Shown: one piece after another, positions 1 to 15,368 of the stretch
Layout of the letters: every line of letters starts with the position of its first letter
Position numbering within the stretch: position 1 is the stretch's first letter
Assembly (NCBI GenBank): GCA_000320545.1
Contig: ADNK01000007.1
Span: 1-64,000 of the forward strand
Direction of reading: 5' to 3'
Length of the DNA: 64,000 bases
From: Bigelowiella natans CCMP2755
Lineage: Eukaryota > Protista > Cercozoa
The notes under the pieces: generated by a model
Database searches by the model: none
Told to the model about the DNA's origin: nothing
The model's input: the letters and a program-made list of their open reading frames with translations, nothing else
Position numbers and translations under genes: made by a program

Positions 1-218
1 AAAAAAAAAAAACAACGAAGGGGGACACCCCACATTTTGGTGGGGGGGTGTAGGGGGAAATCAGTTCCCCCCCAGTTTTTTTTTGCCCCCCAAATAAAAA
101 AAAAACCCCGGGAGAGGTCACAAAACCCTCGCTCACAAAGATTTATTGTACACATTCTAATTTTTTTTTTTTTTTCTCCCCCCCCCCCCCCCCCCCCCTC
201 CTTTTTAAAAACCTTTAG

Positions 219-747
219 CTCGGGTGAGAGTCGTGGGAAGATTCTACAACGACTCGAGGGGGGACGAAGGAATTCGGAGCAGAAAAAGAGGGGGGGATGT
301 AGATGGATGAAGGGCAATAAAGATGCCCCTGATTGTAGCCCAGAAGGGGGGAACAATGTGTTAATTCATATTGCTTTATAGTAAACACATGTTATTCTTC
401 CCCCCCCCCCCCCCCCTTCCCCCCATTCTCAATAAACCAGTTTGAGTACGTTGTTGTAGCACATTGTGGCAAGTGTGCAGAAAGGTGGGGAGAGGAAATA
501 TAGGCTCCGATATAGTAGTAGTAGTAGTAGTAGTAGTAGTAGCAGAAGAAGTAGTAATAGTAGTAATAGTAGTAGTGATGACGTGTGCTGCGGGATATGC
601 TTATTTGTCCACGTGTGATGGATGCTAAATGCGCTCATACGTCGTATAGAGAGAGAGTGTGTGTGTGTATGTGTGTGTGTGTATAATATGTGTGCGCGTG
701 TGTGTGTGTTGTCCGTATTTGTGGTGAATTATCCCTTGTCCTCCGTG

Positions 748-791
<44 letters not shown>

Positions 792-865
792 TAGATTGAT
801 GAGGAACGCCAACGCACCATTCGCTCATCGCCTTCTCCGCGCCAAGTAAAGCACGAACATGAATA

Positions 866-915
<50 letters not shown>

Positions 916-1983
916 CCTCGGACAATGGTGTTGTTAGTTTGAGATATCGAAGATGACTGAAGTAAAGAGCAGCACCATGTGTTGTTGCTGTAGTTGACCC
1001 GTCGTGAGAGGATAACGATGACGACGACGACGATGATGATGATGATGATGAGCTCGTACAAACTCCTCCGTTTCGCGAGAGATCGATGATGGAGGCTACC
1101 ACCGAAAAAGAAGATATGATATATCAGAACCCTCCTCCTGTAGGTTTGGACCGGGCGTTCCACGTGACGATCAGCTGCAGATTCGGAGGTAGTAGTAAGC
1201 ATGTATGCATACACGGATGGGGGGGGGGAGGAGGGGGGGGGGGGAAATGATAGGATAGAGCTATGCATGCAAGATGTATATTTTTAATATCGTCATAATA
1301 GACACTGCTGTTAAATAACTTCCTATGTGTATATTACTCGAAACCCTTGCACCAGCCTATACGTACTTGTCGCCGTACTCCCGCGAGGCATGGTAAAGCC
1401 CTTGAAGGGGGATGGGGGAAATGATAGTGAAAACGACCTCGGAGCCGCGTTTATTGTACCCTCTTCTTCAGCAGCAGGCAGCGACAACAACAACTAACGA
1501 TAACAACATGTATAAAAGCACGTAGTAGACATGCGAGCAGCATATAACCACTACTATCGGCCTTCACCGCTATTCCAGAGTAGCTTCTCTTCTTCTCTTT
1601 GTATCTACAAACACCTTCATCATCACCATCATCATCAACAACAACAACAACATCGTCCTTGACATCATCGTCTTTATCATAAATATCAGGGGCGGTGCAC
1701 GACAATGCTCTTAGTTTTGTCTGCAACAACGGGAATAAACTAGGGCTGTCAGGTAGAAGACAAAAGAGAGAAGGGGACACAGCAAGAAGGGGCGAGTACT
1801 ACTCGAAGGTGGTTCAGCACCATCCTTAAGGCTGTTTACTTCTCGTTCTACTCTTCCTCTCACAGACGACAAGTATGAGGCTTATACGCTCATAAGCACG
1901 CCACGTTACGCTGCGAAGAACAAGGTGCGAATATCTCTGGAAATACAAGATTTACATCATGCCCACGAAGCGCATATGGGCTC

Positions 1984-2027
<44 letters not shown>

Positions 2028-2028
2028 A

Positions 2029-2063
<35 letters not shown>

Positions 2064-2345
2064 CAATTGAAGCATTTATCATGTTGCAACTGTTGTGAGG
2101 GAGATCTGTTCTTAGGTTCCCCAGGAAAACATACCCGATCGAGTCCGCACTAATGTATCAGCAAATTCAAAAGGGGAGGGGCTGAGAAGGGCAGGGTGGA
2201 GGGGAGAAAATCATTGTACTTTAAAGAAAAGAATGAACTTTATTTCAAGCAAAAGAGTTCCTCAGACGTTAGATAATAATGAGGATGATGATGGTGCTGA
2301 TGATGAGGATGTGTGTGCTTTCTAAATATGTCTATACTTTATATA

Positions 2346-2386
<41 letters not shown>

Positions 2387-2572
2387 CACGGATTCACCTT
2401 ATCTAGGTGACACACACGATGCTCGCAGAGTTTGGAAGATATGCAAACTGTGCTGGTAACAGCAATACCCCCCACCTCTTGCGCATCTTACACACGGATG
2501 GAAAAGATTCAGTAGTATAGTGTGAGGGGGGTAACGAGTACCAACATGACAACCGTAGATGTACACATTATA

Positions 2573-2608
<36 letters not shown>

Positions 2609-3633
2609 CATGTGTGTCAGCTTGCCTACGCGCTCCTGCAATGCTGCATGGTTCTTCTCAGGCATTCACGATCACGTCGCTGCTTCGCACCTACAGCTCT
2701 GGGGTGCCGCACAACCGGGAAATATGTAATAATTTTGAAGAGTTTTTCCATGCGAATGGGGAGTAGAATTATGCGCGTGCATGAGCTCTAATTAACGAGC
2801 ACGATTGTTGGATGTGTTGTGGTGGTTTACAATGAAAAACATTAGTTATGCCGGCGGCCCTTGCGCCCTCGATCCCACGACGAACGTTGGTGTGTGTGGA
2901 GACTGGATGGTAGCCCCGAGCGTTGAAGGCGCTGCTCTTAGGTCAGTGAGAGAGAAGGTGAAAGAACGATGAAGGGCTAGTAGAGAGGAAGAAGAAGAAG
3001 AAGAAGAAGATGATGATGATGATGATGATGATGTGTTGTGTGCGTTTCAGCGGCCTCGTTCTTGCAGATGCCATAGCAGGTAACAACACATGATAATCCA
3101 GTATTCGCTTCGTATATTCTCTCTGATTCTGCCTCACCCTCTCTTAAGATTCCATGAAGAACTCTCCAGGAGAACGGTAGGATATGCTCATAAGTAAGGG
3201 TGATAGCAATGCGTAGTAGGTGGGTGTATGCTTCTCATGCGGTAGTACTACCTATGCATCGTTTCATCCAAAATAACACAACAATACTATATACCTATAT
3301 GCATATATACATATAGATATTCATATCACTCCTACTGCCCCCCTCCAAAATAATCTCCTCGTGCTCCTTCCTCCCACTATTCATTTTCAGTAAAGGGATG
3401 GGTATGCTTGATCTTTGGAGGAAGACGAGCAGCTCTCAACGCCACCACAGAAACAATCAAAACAGAGGAGAAGGTGCGAGCGAGAGGAAGGAGGGAAACG
3501 ACAATAGCGGTGCGTTCTTGCCCTTCTCAGCACTGCTGAGCTCAGACAGCTCTAAGCAAGAAAACAACAGTGGTGATGCTTATCCAAGGTGGTACTGCAA
3601 GTCTCTCTCTTTCTCTCTCTCTCTCTCCCTCTC

Positions 3634-3695
<62 letters not shown>

Positions 3696-4600
3696 TTTCA
3701 TACACGGTCTCTCTGTAGCTCTTTTCCTCTTTCTCTGCTCACCCCCATATCATCAGATTTCCGTACATATATACATACATACATACATACATACACTCGA
3801 AAAGGAAAGAAGACATTAGGATCAATAGACACCTCTGCACTTCCTCCCCCTCCTCCCCCTCCCCCCCTCTCTCTATCTATCTATCTATCTATCTAAACCT
3901 CTCCTCTCCTACTTCCCCTCCCCCCCAGCTCCCCTGTCGGTGCGTTCGGACCAGAATGGGCCCCCATTCTTGAAAAGGTGCGAGCTGATTCTAAGCTAGA
4001 ATATAGTGACATGGCGAACATGTACAACAACACATGCAACGAATATCATCTACTGCTCAAACTCCTCCTCCTCCTCCTCCTCCTCCTCGGCGTGTGTATT
4101 GGTATATGTTACTGTTATGTACACATGGTTACAATCGTCACCCAACATCCTATAGGCCGCATACTACTCGCAGTGGCAAACACATGATGCCGTAGAGGAA
4201 ATCCTAGCAGCCAGTCAAGATCTTGAGGAAAAGAAGAAGAAGAAGAAGAAGAAGAGGAATACAAAGAGGATGGAGTATGCTAAGAAACCGAATGCAAGGA
4301 GTGGACGGGGGGGGGAGGGAGGAAGAGGTAGAAGTAATGCAGGGCGCCGGCGCAGCCACCATCCCCGTGTGAATCGTGGGGGCGGCTCCTCACAACAACA
4401 CCAACGACAATCAACAGGTAAAAACGATTCTAGTGGTGGTTCTACATGGCTCTAGTCGAAGATAATCACACAGTCATATGAGACGGGTGTAATGAATGAT
4501 TTCAATCTTTTCAATGACTCATCCTGATGATGTAGCTGTGCAAAGCGGCGGCACAGGTAGATAGAGCTGCCAACTCTATGCGTGCTTGTACGTGTAGCTG
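219..4600 (+). CDS. Renalase-like FAD/NAD(P)-dependent oxidoreductase (COG3380-type); multi-exon, 5' end outside the window, 3' end approximate
   Basis: GT-AG exons give FEYVVVAHCGKCAER (~440), GAVHDNALSFVCNNGNKLG (~1690), VPQENIP (~2116), LWGAAQPGN (~2697) and GVCGDWMVAPSVEGAALS|GLVLADAIA (2890-3080). These match the plant/algal renalase-like motifs AHNGKCA, KVPQENIP, QLWGAA and CGDW..VEGA.LSG. Confidence 0.85.
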
Positions 4601-5189
4601 CTGCACAATGTGCATGGAGCAGAGGCTGAATCAATTGTCTTGCATTGCCGCGCAAATTATGTACCATCAGTCGGAGAGTGTAGACATCCAGCGTGAGAGC
4701 AAAATGTAGAAACCGATGCTTAGCGTGCGAATCCCCACATAATAACTAGCAGAGCATGTACAACAGGCTAGTAGGCGCGATGCGTTGTTAGTGGCTCACT
4801 CTACTACGAGCATGTGTACATGTAGCAATACTCTCCATTTCTCTCCTCTCTCTCTGTCTCTATTTTTCTTTCTCTAGCTCTCTCATCCATGACTCTTGCA
4901 AGTTCATTTATAAAAATCTATGAGAGTAACTCGCACACATACTTCGTGCTTCTTGATATCATATGATTGTGACATTCTATTTAATGAATACATACCACCA
5001 TAAAGGTTACTGATCGATGAACTCATTCATACACTTATATTTCTCAGATTATTAGCTATTTTTGTCAATTCTCAGCTTTATGAGTCCAGAAGTGCTAGCA
5101 TGCATCGCATGAACAACCTATGGAGCAGCCGCATTTACATCAGTCGATCCCTCGTTTAGATTTTACTAACTATAAGGATAAAGCATCAT

Positions 5190-5698
5190 TCAATATGCTT
5201 TGATATCATCATCTGCTGGTTTTAAGCTAACAACTCTGAAGCTGGAGGGCACAGAGGTCCGCATACTAGCGAGTCTGGCATCATTCTGCTGCTGCTCGCT
5301 CTGCCTTGCAAAAGCACCGCTGCCATCAATGGCGCTGCTATTACTAGCAATCTGAGGCCGGTTACCATATAACGCTGCTAATATGTCGTGAAGGATCATG
5401 TGTACATCCGACATGTCCCTTTCCGCAATACGGCGCACCGTTTCCACGGGAATGAGGTCCCAGGAATGCACAGTTCCGGTGAAAAATTGCACCGCATTTA
5501 TCCTAAAGAAGCCCTCCGAGGTACTCCGCACGTCAACCGTGATCAGGGCCGCATTCCCGCTCGCCCTGGCTGGCCTCATCTTGCAGATTATCGATCCAGT
5601 GCGTGCATCCCGCACACGCACGTCACCTTGTGTGTCACCTGTTCGAAATACATTTTCAACGTGTGTCTGCCTTCAGATATAGGCGTGTGAGGGATGTC

Positions 5699-5739
<41 letters not shown>

Positions 5740-6180
5740 GAATGCAGGAGTTCTATGTACATGTTGCGAGGATCTTTCCATCTGGTGAAAATGCACACGT
5801 TGTGAATTCATGCGTACCAGCTTTTGCCTGAATATAGTAAAATGAAGATTAGGCATCATGTGCAATTGTTTGAAGTAGACGCTTCTGTCTGCTCCTTCTC
5901 AACTATGATGCTCATTACAACACCATCGAGAAAATCTAAGGCCACTTGCAAATCACAGAAGATTGAGTCTATGAGTTGTGCCGAATATCTATAATCTTCT
6001 GCACCGTGCCTGTCTCTCATTGTGCTGTTTCATTTTTACACACAGTCATCATCCAGGCATCACCCTATCAACGTCATCATGTTTGTAACAGGGAACAAGC
6101 ATAGTCCCACCAGCTGTAAGAGCGCCATCGTATCACCCCTCACCATAACCGACGATAGTGACGTCGAGGAGGAAGAGGAG

Positions 6181-6216
<36 letters not shown>

Positions 6217-6935
6217 AAGCGATCATCATTCTTACTATTGTTGCTCCTGCCATGTGTTCTACATACGACTTTTCCTTTGGTGGTACTGCTACTTGCTACT
6301 GCTGTCCCCCTCTCCACGCTGTGAGAAACTTCAGATTCCTGGCTAATACTGTTCCTGTTGTATATGCCCCCCTGCCATAGCGCGACACTTCTATCCTTAG
6401 AAGCAGACGCCAATACCCAGCGTTGTAGAAGTGCTTTGTGCTCAGCATCACTGTTCTTATCCTCCTCCTCCTCCTCCTCCTCCTCCTCCTCCTCCTCGTC
6501 TTTGCTGTTTTTGGAGTCGCTGACCTTGCCAGCTTCTGCCGCTGCCGCTTCTCGCTCTCGTGAGCGAAGGAGCAATTGGAGTGTGTGGGCGGGGGAGGGG
6601 GAGAAGGCGATTCGGTTCAGGGCGTACCTGTGCCCGTAACAAGCGATTATGGGATGCAAAGTGCTGCTTCCTCCTCTCCTCATATCATACAGGAAGATGT
6701 CGTTGAGGTCCGCTGATGCCAACAACTCGTGTGGGAGGGGGGAGAAGGCTAGAGATCGCACACCGTACCTATTTATAGCAATGCAGTACTCACACGATGA
6801 TGATGAAAGCTGCTGCAATGCTTAATGGCTTCAACCTATGCCTCCCCCTCGATATTCTTACTGGGCGAGTAGCGCCGAGAAGCTCTCGACCTGACAGTAA
6901 CGTCTCCGTGTCCCACAAGCAAACCTATTATGTAC

Positions 6936-6969
<34 letters not shown>

Positions 6970-7158
6970 TATCGTCATCAATATAGTTTTAGGAACCCGT
7001 CTCCACGCATATATCTCCCAAAGGTCTATTTCTTCTAGAAAGGTAACCACCGATGTATCTTCTGAGCCAGAAGCTAAGAGGTGTCCATTTCCAGAGAATA
7101 CTATGGAAAGAACTTGCGCGTTGTTATGTTGAAGAACCTACTAGGCAGCAGCGAAGAC

Positions 7159-7194
<36 letters not shown>

Positions 7195-7649
7195 TTATTT
7201 AAATATCGAGCGATTTTCTATGATATTTCATCCTAATTATTTGTTCTCGGTAATTAGTGGGCAAAAGACGCTTCGCCACTCGGCACTACTCACGCAACGA
7301 ACTACCGCACAATTGAGCTTTCCTTTCGCTCGCTTCTGTGATTCAATGGGCCAGATCTAGCATGAAAACCAAATAAAAAGGCTACGTTGGCATATGTGAT
7401 TTTTCTGCATGTAAATGCTGTCAACGTAGAGGAGCATCATCCTAAAACGGGTTGATATTGTCAGGAAGGCATCGGTATAATTTCCATCATTATCACAGTC
7501 TTATCATCTAAATCATCAACAGAGAATCATCAATCACCCGGATCGTGGCGTCACGAGAGGAGGTTGCTAATACCTCGTTCCCAGGGGAGAAACAACACGC
7601 GGTAACCTTGAATGTTTATCACCACAAAACACACAACTCATGCACGCAC

Positions 7650-7689
<40 letters not shown>

Positions 7690-7856
7690 GGAGACAGAAA
7701 GAGAAAGACGTAAGGGGAAAGAAAACAAAAGGGTGATAAATATCTGGTGAAAATTGCAGTACACTTTCGGTGTGCCCGTGTAGATCCTTCAACACCACCC
7801 CCCGATCAGGATCTGATATCATGAATATCATGAATGTGATGATGACTATCATAATT

Positions 7857-7888
<32 letters not shown>

Positions 7889-8381
7889 AATGATGATGAT
7901 AACACAATTCATACCAGATTCAATTTATGCGGCATTTTGAAAGGAAATATGGTGATGACCTATAAGAGAAACTATCCGATCCACCCGACCAGCAGCTAAA
8001 TACTTTCCTGTGCGCGAAATACACGTTAATCTTTCACTTCTCGATTTTGCCTGCACGCTCACGCAACGCTCCTTTACATACAACATCATTAACGTTGGCA
8101 GCAAGATAGTCAGTGCGCAACATATAGATGCCACAATTTTTAGCATCGAAAATCAGACCGTCCTTTGCCCATGCCATGTTGTAAACCTGAAGGGAAACAC
8201 CCACATTTTTATTCGAGCAATCGATCCGAAACACAAATGGCCATCGCCTTCAATGCTCCATCACCATGGTCGAGATCCCATAATCCCTAGCCCCTCTTGA
8301 CTTCACAATGTAGCGAACATCGAAGTCGTCCCTCTCGGATGAGGTATGATGTGGGGGGGGTGGTGGAACGTAGGTACGCAT
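5190..8381 (-). CDS. WD40-repeat protein, multi-exon
   Basis: Exons encode LKDLHGHT..VTACCFSPGNEVLATSSRDATIR|IW, VLSIVFSGNGHLLASGSEDTSV, VRSLAFSPLPHELLASAD, GHRYALNRIAFSP, LASASKDRSVALW and GDTQGDVRVRD. Putative ATG at 8381; stop at 5190. Confidence 0.85.
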
Positions 8382-8645
8382 GAAACAGAGCGAATGGTGC
8401 TCTGTTCTTCACATCCGCAGCTTGTTTATGCATTTATTATAGCGACAACAGCTTGCCATTGTCGCCATCAATAAAACAGCTCATTTCCTATTCGACGCAA
8501 CGGATCCTCGACTTGAAGCTACCGGTAAGTTGAAACGGAAACTGAGTCATCATCATTGTCGCAGCTAAAAAATGTACTGGTTTTATGCGCATCCTTGTAC
8601 GAATCGAACATGAAATCAGCCATAAATTCCGGCAGCGAGCATAAA

Positions 8646-10318
8646 ATGGGTGAGGAAGGCCCTTGTGCAGCATGGCGTCGTCCCAAGGAGCGGCCGGCGC
8701 TCTGGTGGTGCTACGGGCTGGTCTACGGGCTCCTAATCCTTGCAATTTCCAAGATTTCCCCCTCCAACCCCCTCGGTATCTCTCCGGTAGCCAGAGCGAA
8801 TACAGGTCTTACACACTTGAGAAGGGGGGAAGGGGGGTATGATTATAACAGATTCATCCACTATTCCATTGGAATCAATTCCTGGAGGTCATCATGCTAA
8901 ACTTTAAAATTAAATGGTATTTTGAAAGGAATTCGAGGCATCCAAGGGGATACACATCGTCATCATCATGATCGTCATCACCATCATCACCATCATCACC
9001 ATCATCACCGTCGTTTGAGACGTACAGCATCATCTTCGGGATGGAGCATGCGACGGGTCGACTTACTGACAGCAGCTCATGCTGAGAGGGAAAGACCTCG
9101 GCTTCCAGTTCCGAGTGAAAAGGACACTGTCGGGAACTTTAGGTGCTATAGAATCATCGATCTGCCAAACTATTACTTTCACCATGAACCTCTCCATGTA
9201 CTTGAAGACGGTTGTAAACACATCGTTATTTTCATTGAAGACGGTTGGAAACACCGCAAATATATGAGCAACTATGGTGAATCTTTCAGGCTCTACGATG
9301 AACCCGATCCTGAGGATTACGAGCCTTTCGTGCCTTCAGAGGTGATAATAGCATCTGTTGCCTGCAAAATACGGAAGGACAATGATTATGGCGAGTAGTG
9401 CGTAGGGCTGTTCACGCATACGATCGCATTGAGAAATCACATGTATGACACATATGCAAATATTTTGGTGAATCAGTCGCCTATAGATTACGGACATATG
9501 GAAGAAATGTTGCCAATGGAGGAGCTTCCAAATGTGGATCACCCGACGCTGCAAAGGCCCTGGGATGGCTGGGACGATGAGGACTTGGAAGTATAGTGAT
9601 ACCCCCCCCCCCTCCTCTCATGATTTGTGTGTATGCGCGCGTGCGTGCGTGTGTGTATGTGTGTATGTGCGTGTGTTTGTGCGCACATTTTACCTCTCCC
9701 TCTCTCCCCCTCTCTTCTCCCCATGACATGTTCCACTTCTATAGCGAACAACATAAGTAGCACTCTACGGGCAATCCTACACCCTCCCTCTCCTTCCCCT
9801 TCTCCCTAATTGCACACAAATAATACCCATTATCAGCACATGAGAATTGAATAAATACTGTTAATGTGTTTGGTAACGAATAGGGACTCATTGAAGCTCA
9901 AAACATGATTGGCGATGTTGATAGAGACCGCCATCGCAAGTATGAAAACCTGACAGCTCCGGTGGGTGGTAGCGGAGGAGAATCCGATACATTATAAAAC
10001 GAACAAGAGTGGCATATTTGCCGATAATAACAAAGATACGAATATATACGTAAACCAACAAGCGGACAAACGATCGAGCGCCGTGTGTTATTATTATGAC
10101 TGTTAAGGTGTATTATGTTTGGACGGAGGAATTAACGTATATATCATATGTGAGCACAGTGTCCATGGTTCTTCATTTCTTTCCGAGCTCGTGTGTTTAG
10201 TGAGCAGTGAATAAATCAAAGAATGTTTGTTGAAACCTTCCAACTCAATCACACAGGATGAGAGAGAAGTGAAGTTGCAGACCAAGTTCCGAGAAATAAT
10301 CAAGGAATCACTCGCGTA

Positions 10319-10353
<35 letters not shown>

Positions 10354-10690
10354 GTAATTAGAAACCATGACGTGTGCATGTGTTTGTGCGAGTATGCTGC
10401 CTTCCATTGTCTCGATTGTTGATCTCAGTTAAAGCTACTTCTATCTGCTAAAATCTCCACCTCTGGTGTGCAATCATGATGTTCTGCGGGTTCTTTTTCC
10501 TTTCGCGGATATCATCGTTACGTTCTTTATTATTGTTATTTTTTGCCACTCGCTGCCACGACGACGATAACGATAACGACGCACAATGCAGCTATGGAAC
10601 AACTGAGGCGTTGATGTCAGACACATGGGTTCCCGGTTTTCTGGTCTGTATTCTTCGTGTTGCTATTTGTTGATGATAAATGATGAAGTC

Positions 10691-10725
<35 letters not shown>

Positions 10726-10787
10726 TGCAGCAGCAGCGACATTTCTAGCCCATATACTCTTCTTCAAACAAATTTGCAAATTTATAG

Positions 10788-10824
<37 letters not shown>

Positions 10825-11254
10825 CTGTGAAATAAAACGATGGTGCTGGCACCACAGGCGGAGGAGCCGTTAGAGCGTTCCATGGTAAATGGATCGCAAC
10901 TTTTCGAGGGAATCACAGTCTTCACCCCAGAGCAACGTGCTCAGAAACTCATCGAGGTAGCAAGGGGAGGGGGGCCTAGCAGTGTTATGGCATCATATGA
11001 TGTGTGTGCGAAGAAGAGAGGCGGAGAGGGGGGAGAGAGTGGAGGAGAAAGAGAGGGTACTGGCTAAATTGACGGGGAATAATGAAGCACAACGATAAAT
11101 GCTGTCGCAGATGTATATTTATACTTGGTGTTGTCATTGCCATGTTTTGTACTGAATGGTGGTGATGACGATATAATGATGATGTTGGTTGCTATAGATG
11201 AACGATGATCTTGAGACATGGGAACGAGACTTCATCGACATAAAGTAGTAGTAA

Positions 11255-11290
<36 letters not shown>

Positions 11291-11651
11291 TACATCAATT
11301 CACATATGTTACACGCAGTGATAGAAGTAGTAGTAGTAGTAGCAGCAATATCTCTACTTCTGCATCATCTCTCCCTTTCTCAATACAATATTTGTAGTGT
11401 TATCATAGAGCGAAGGCCTTCCCTAACTTCTTCACCCCTGTGTTGCTTTTGACATCAGCAGTAGTAGTAGTAGTGTTTTGATGATTGCCATTACTCTCTG
11501 CTAGAATGGACGAGCAGCACGGCTTTATTGTGAAGATGACGCACCCCAGTGGTGCCACAGCCGAAGTGCATGCACATGGCGCTAACATTCAATCATGGGT
11601 AAGAAATGAGAGATTCGAATAACATGTGCACAACTCATCTATACAGGCATA

Positions 11652-11711
<60 letters not shown>

Positions 11712-12773
11712 TCGTTTACGAGTATTCATCGTTAAATCATCTTAGATTCCAGCCAACGGAACTGAAATGTTGTGGAGAGACCCTAATCATGATTATGCTC
11801 GGAAGCTCCCAATCCCGGGAGGGATCCAGCTCAAGTTCCCTCTGTTTGATGACGTACAGACAATAACGCTATTGTTGTCGTTGGAGAGAAAGAAGAAGAA
11901 GAAGAAGAAGAAGAAGAAGAAGAGAAAACAACACGAATATTGTTGTTGTTGTTATTGTTGTTGTTGTGCTGTTGCTGTGGATGTTTTTGGTATGACATCT
12001 TCATTCAAACGTAGTCCGACCCGAAGATGGACGCGGGTGGATTCGCAAGCAATATGGAGTGGCACATCGATGGGTAGAATTCTCGTCGGGAATAAATCAG
12101 TGAATCATGCACAGAATCTACTACTTCATCGCCCTCTTTCGAGAACATGAAGTATTTGTGGTGTATGCGTCTTGGAAAAAATTAGAATAAAAACCTAGGA
12201 TGTTGTTCGTATGACTAACCATTCCCACTGGCTGCAGAACGACGGTATGGGGGGGTCCAGTTCCAGAGTGGCTGAAAGGCGAAGGCAATATCAACGATCA
12301 ACACGATTCTTAAGAGGAGGAGGAGGAGGAGGAGGAGGGGGAGGCGAAGATGTTAATTTCGGAGCAATACATTTATCAACAACATTGCGCAAACACACGA
12401 AAGACACAAACACACACACATAGAAAGAGAGAGATAGAGAGAGGGAGAGAAAGAAAAGAAAAGCACACATTTCTTCTTCAATGTGCGAGCGATTGGTCTG
12501 TGCTCTGTCCTCACACTACTCATTTTACGATTGTTCAGAGAATTGTCCCACGATTCAGCTTTCATTGGAGACGAACCAGGACACGAATCTCTACTGGGGG
12601 TAGTAGCAGTAGCAGTAGCGTGGCAGTAGCAGTGGAATAGTTGTTTTCTTGCTGGCTGCAGTGAAATAATAGGAACATGTTCTTTTCACCATCATCATCA
12701 TCATCATCATCATATGCCTTCCTTCCTTCGTTCCTTTCATTCTTTCTCGCATTCTCTCTCTCCCTCTACCCAC

Positions 12774-12812
<39 letters not shown>

Positions 12813-13533
12813 CAACAACAACAACAACAACAACAGGGAACCTTTCAAGATCCTGTACACTATCACGCTCATGGCGAGGCGCCTTCGCACGGAGGTATGT
12901 TTGTGCAGCAGCAGCGAGCACTGCTATGCTGAGGAGAAGATGTGTTGTCTTTCGAAATTTATCATCCTTTCATACCATACGGAGAGAGAGAGAAAGAGAG
13001 AGAGGGAGAGAGAGAGAGGGAGGCGGACGGACGGACGCCGTACGTAAGCAAATCTCTATACCAATCTTTTATCAGTAATAACAATGAAGGTTACTAACTT
13101 TCATTTTTCACGGCATGTGATATTGCTGTCGGCATGCTGCTGCTCCTTGTTGCTGCTCTCACTTCTTCCTGCTGCTCACACCTACTCATCATCTTAGATA
13201 TCACTGAATTCTTGGTAATTATCAGGTTCGCATCCTCAACTCTGCGGGGGATGAGAACACGTAAATATCATCATGATCGGCAGAATGAATGAGAAGCAGA
13301 AAACAAGCAGAAGAAGCAAAACACACTACTCTACACACACACACACACGCACACACACGCACACATCCAAACACGCGTTGTATGTGAAGGCAAGATAGAT
13401 AGAGAGAGAAAGAGAGATAGAGAGATAGAGAGGGGGGGGGGGGGGGGGGGATTCTCAGTAGCAGATTGGACGACTGTGAGAATGCTGAGAATAAAATTAC
13501 CGCTGCTATTATTAACAGCTACTGCGTAGTAGT

Positions 13534-13569
<36 letters not shown>

Positions 13570-14080
13570 TATCATTATCATTATCCACATCCATCCCGTC
13601 CCCCCCCCCCCATCTTACCAATCATCTTTACGCAGTGTGTATGAGTTTACCGGGGGTCTTGCTGCTCATTTCAAAGTCGAGGAAGACCAGGTAGGACAAT
13701 AATAATACACTGATACGATAAGATTAATGATAATAATGAGGTAAATAGACGCATGCTTCCTAGGGAGATGTTGAACAATGTGTATCTATTGCATATGTGA
13801 GGATGATAAATATAATTACATTCTTTGAATGTATGATCTCTTCTCCGGTATGATAATTGTGTTCTGTCGTCGTCGTCATCGCCATCACCAGATTGACAAC
13901 ACGCGGGTTGTTGGACTTTCACGCCAAACATACTGGGATCGATTAATGCCTACCGCTACAAAATCCGCAACACGATGGTGAGAAAGAAGAGAACCTAGTT
14001 TGAATTGATTCAATGATTAATTACATTAATGCTAGCTGCTGCGAAATTGTATGATCCATAGTGTGTATGTGCGTATAATG

Positions 14081-14122
<42 letters not shown>

Positions 14123-14277
14123 CCAACGTTTTATCTTTTCCCTCCCCCCCCTCCCTCTTAGCAAAGATCGCAATCGCACAGTGCTCTTCCGCAGCGACGA
14201 GAAGATGGACCGCGTGTATGTAGTACACAGACACACATAAGATCGATTTGATTATCATTAACAGCATCAACTGCAGA

Positions 14278-14327
<50 letters not shown>

Positions 14328-14478
14328 CTCTCTCGTAATGAGCATACAACATATGATGATATGAAGTAGTATTGATTAAGATCCGCCGTGTCCATTCTTC
14401 AGATACCCTTACCCGCCTCGAGAGATTCGCTTGCACCGAGGCACTGAGGTGCTGGTTTGCTATTAACATAAATAAATA

Positions 14479-14516
<38 letters not shown>

Positions 14517-15368
14517 CACTTATTCACCTTATTAGTACTGCTGCTACTTCCTTCCTTCGTAATAGAATAGAATGATGCCGTAAGTCCTGACGTCCTAACC
14601 TTCTTCCGCATTTTATTTCTAATAACAACAGTGGTAGTAATAATGAGAATAGTGCGCAATTGAGAATGGTACTTGCTGCTGCTGCTGCTGCTGCACAAAT
14701 ACGAAGCATCGTCATCTAAACAGTCGTTATTGTTGCTTGCAGGGTTCCGGCGTTAGTGTCAAGAACGCCCGAGACTTTGTCCAGCTGGGATGGAAAGAGT
14801 ACAACAAACGCTTTCTCAGTGTTATTCCCTTCCACTACCGCCGTCACGTTCTAATTCTTCCTCACTTCCTTGACCCTCCCCATCTTAGGTACAATCTATT
14901 CAAGCCAGAAAATGAGAAAGGGGTGACAATTAATGTTGTGATGATGGTGGTGATGAATATCATGCTTTTCGCTAACTTTGTGTGTAACACACACTGACGC
15001 ATGGAACTGCGATTATTTATAAGAAACGAATGACACATTATATCAATGAGTCAACAACATCGTTGGAATAGCCGCCCACATGATGCCCTCCCCTCTTACT
15101 TATCAGTACGTGGTCATCGAGAGCGCGGCACATAACAGACCGGAGCAGGTACGGCTTTGACGAGTAACTTGATGATGGTGATTATAACGGCGACAGTACC
15201 CATCCTTCATTATTCCTCCCCTGCTCATCACTATCATAATCATTGTATTATTAGCTGATTCCGGGGCAGCAGTTCTTCGGTCGCACGCACTTTGAAGCTG
15301 ACGTGGATTGGGAGAATCCGGTGCTAGATTGCCGATACAACCAATTTCGAGAGAACAAGCGGGTCTAA
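8646..15368 (+). CDS. Aldose 1-epimerase family / D-hexose-6-phosphate mutarotase-like protein with hydrophobic leader and long N-terminal extension (probably plastid-targeted)
   Basis: Exons encode HPSGATAEVHAHGANIQSW|IPANGTEMLW..PIPGGIQLKFPLF, GFASNMEW, WGEPFKILYTITLMARRLRTE|VRILN, YEFTGGLAAHFKV and LGWKEYNK..YVVIESAA..LIPGQQFFG. Stop TAA at 15366-15368. Leader contains WWCYGLVYGLLILAIS. Confidence 0.8.

Noticed and set aside
1-218. Homopolymer-rich start and ORF 37..381
   Set aside because: Looks like low-quality contig-end sequence; not interpretable as a feature.
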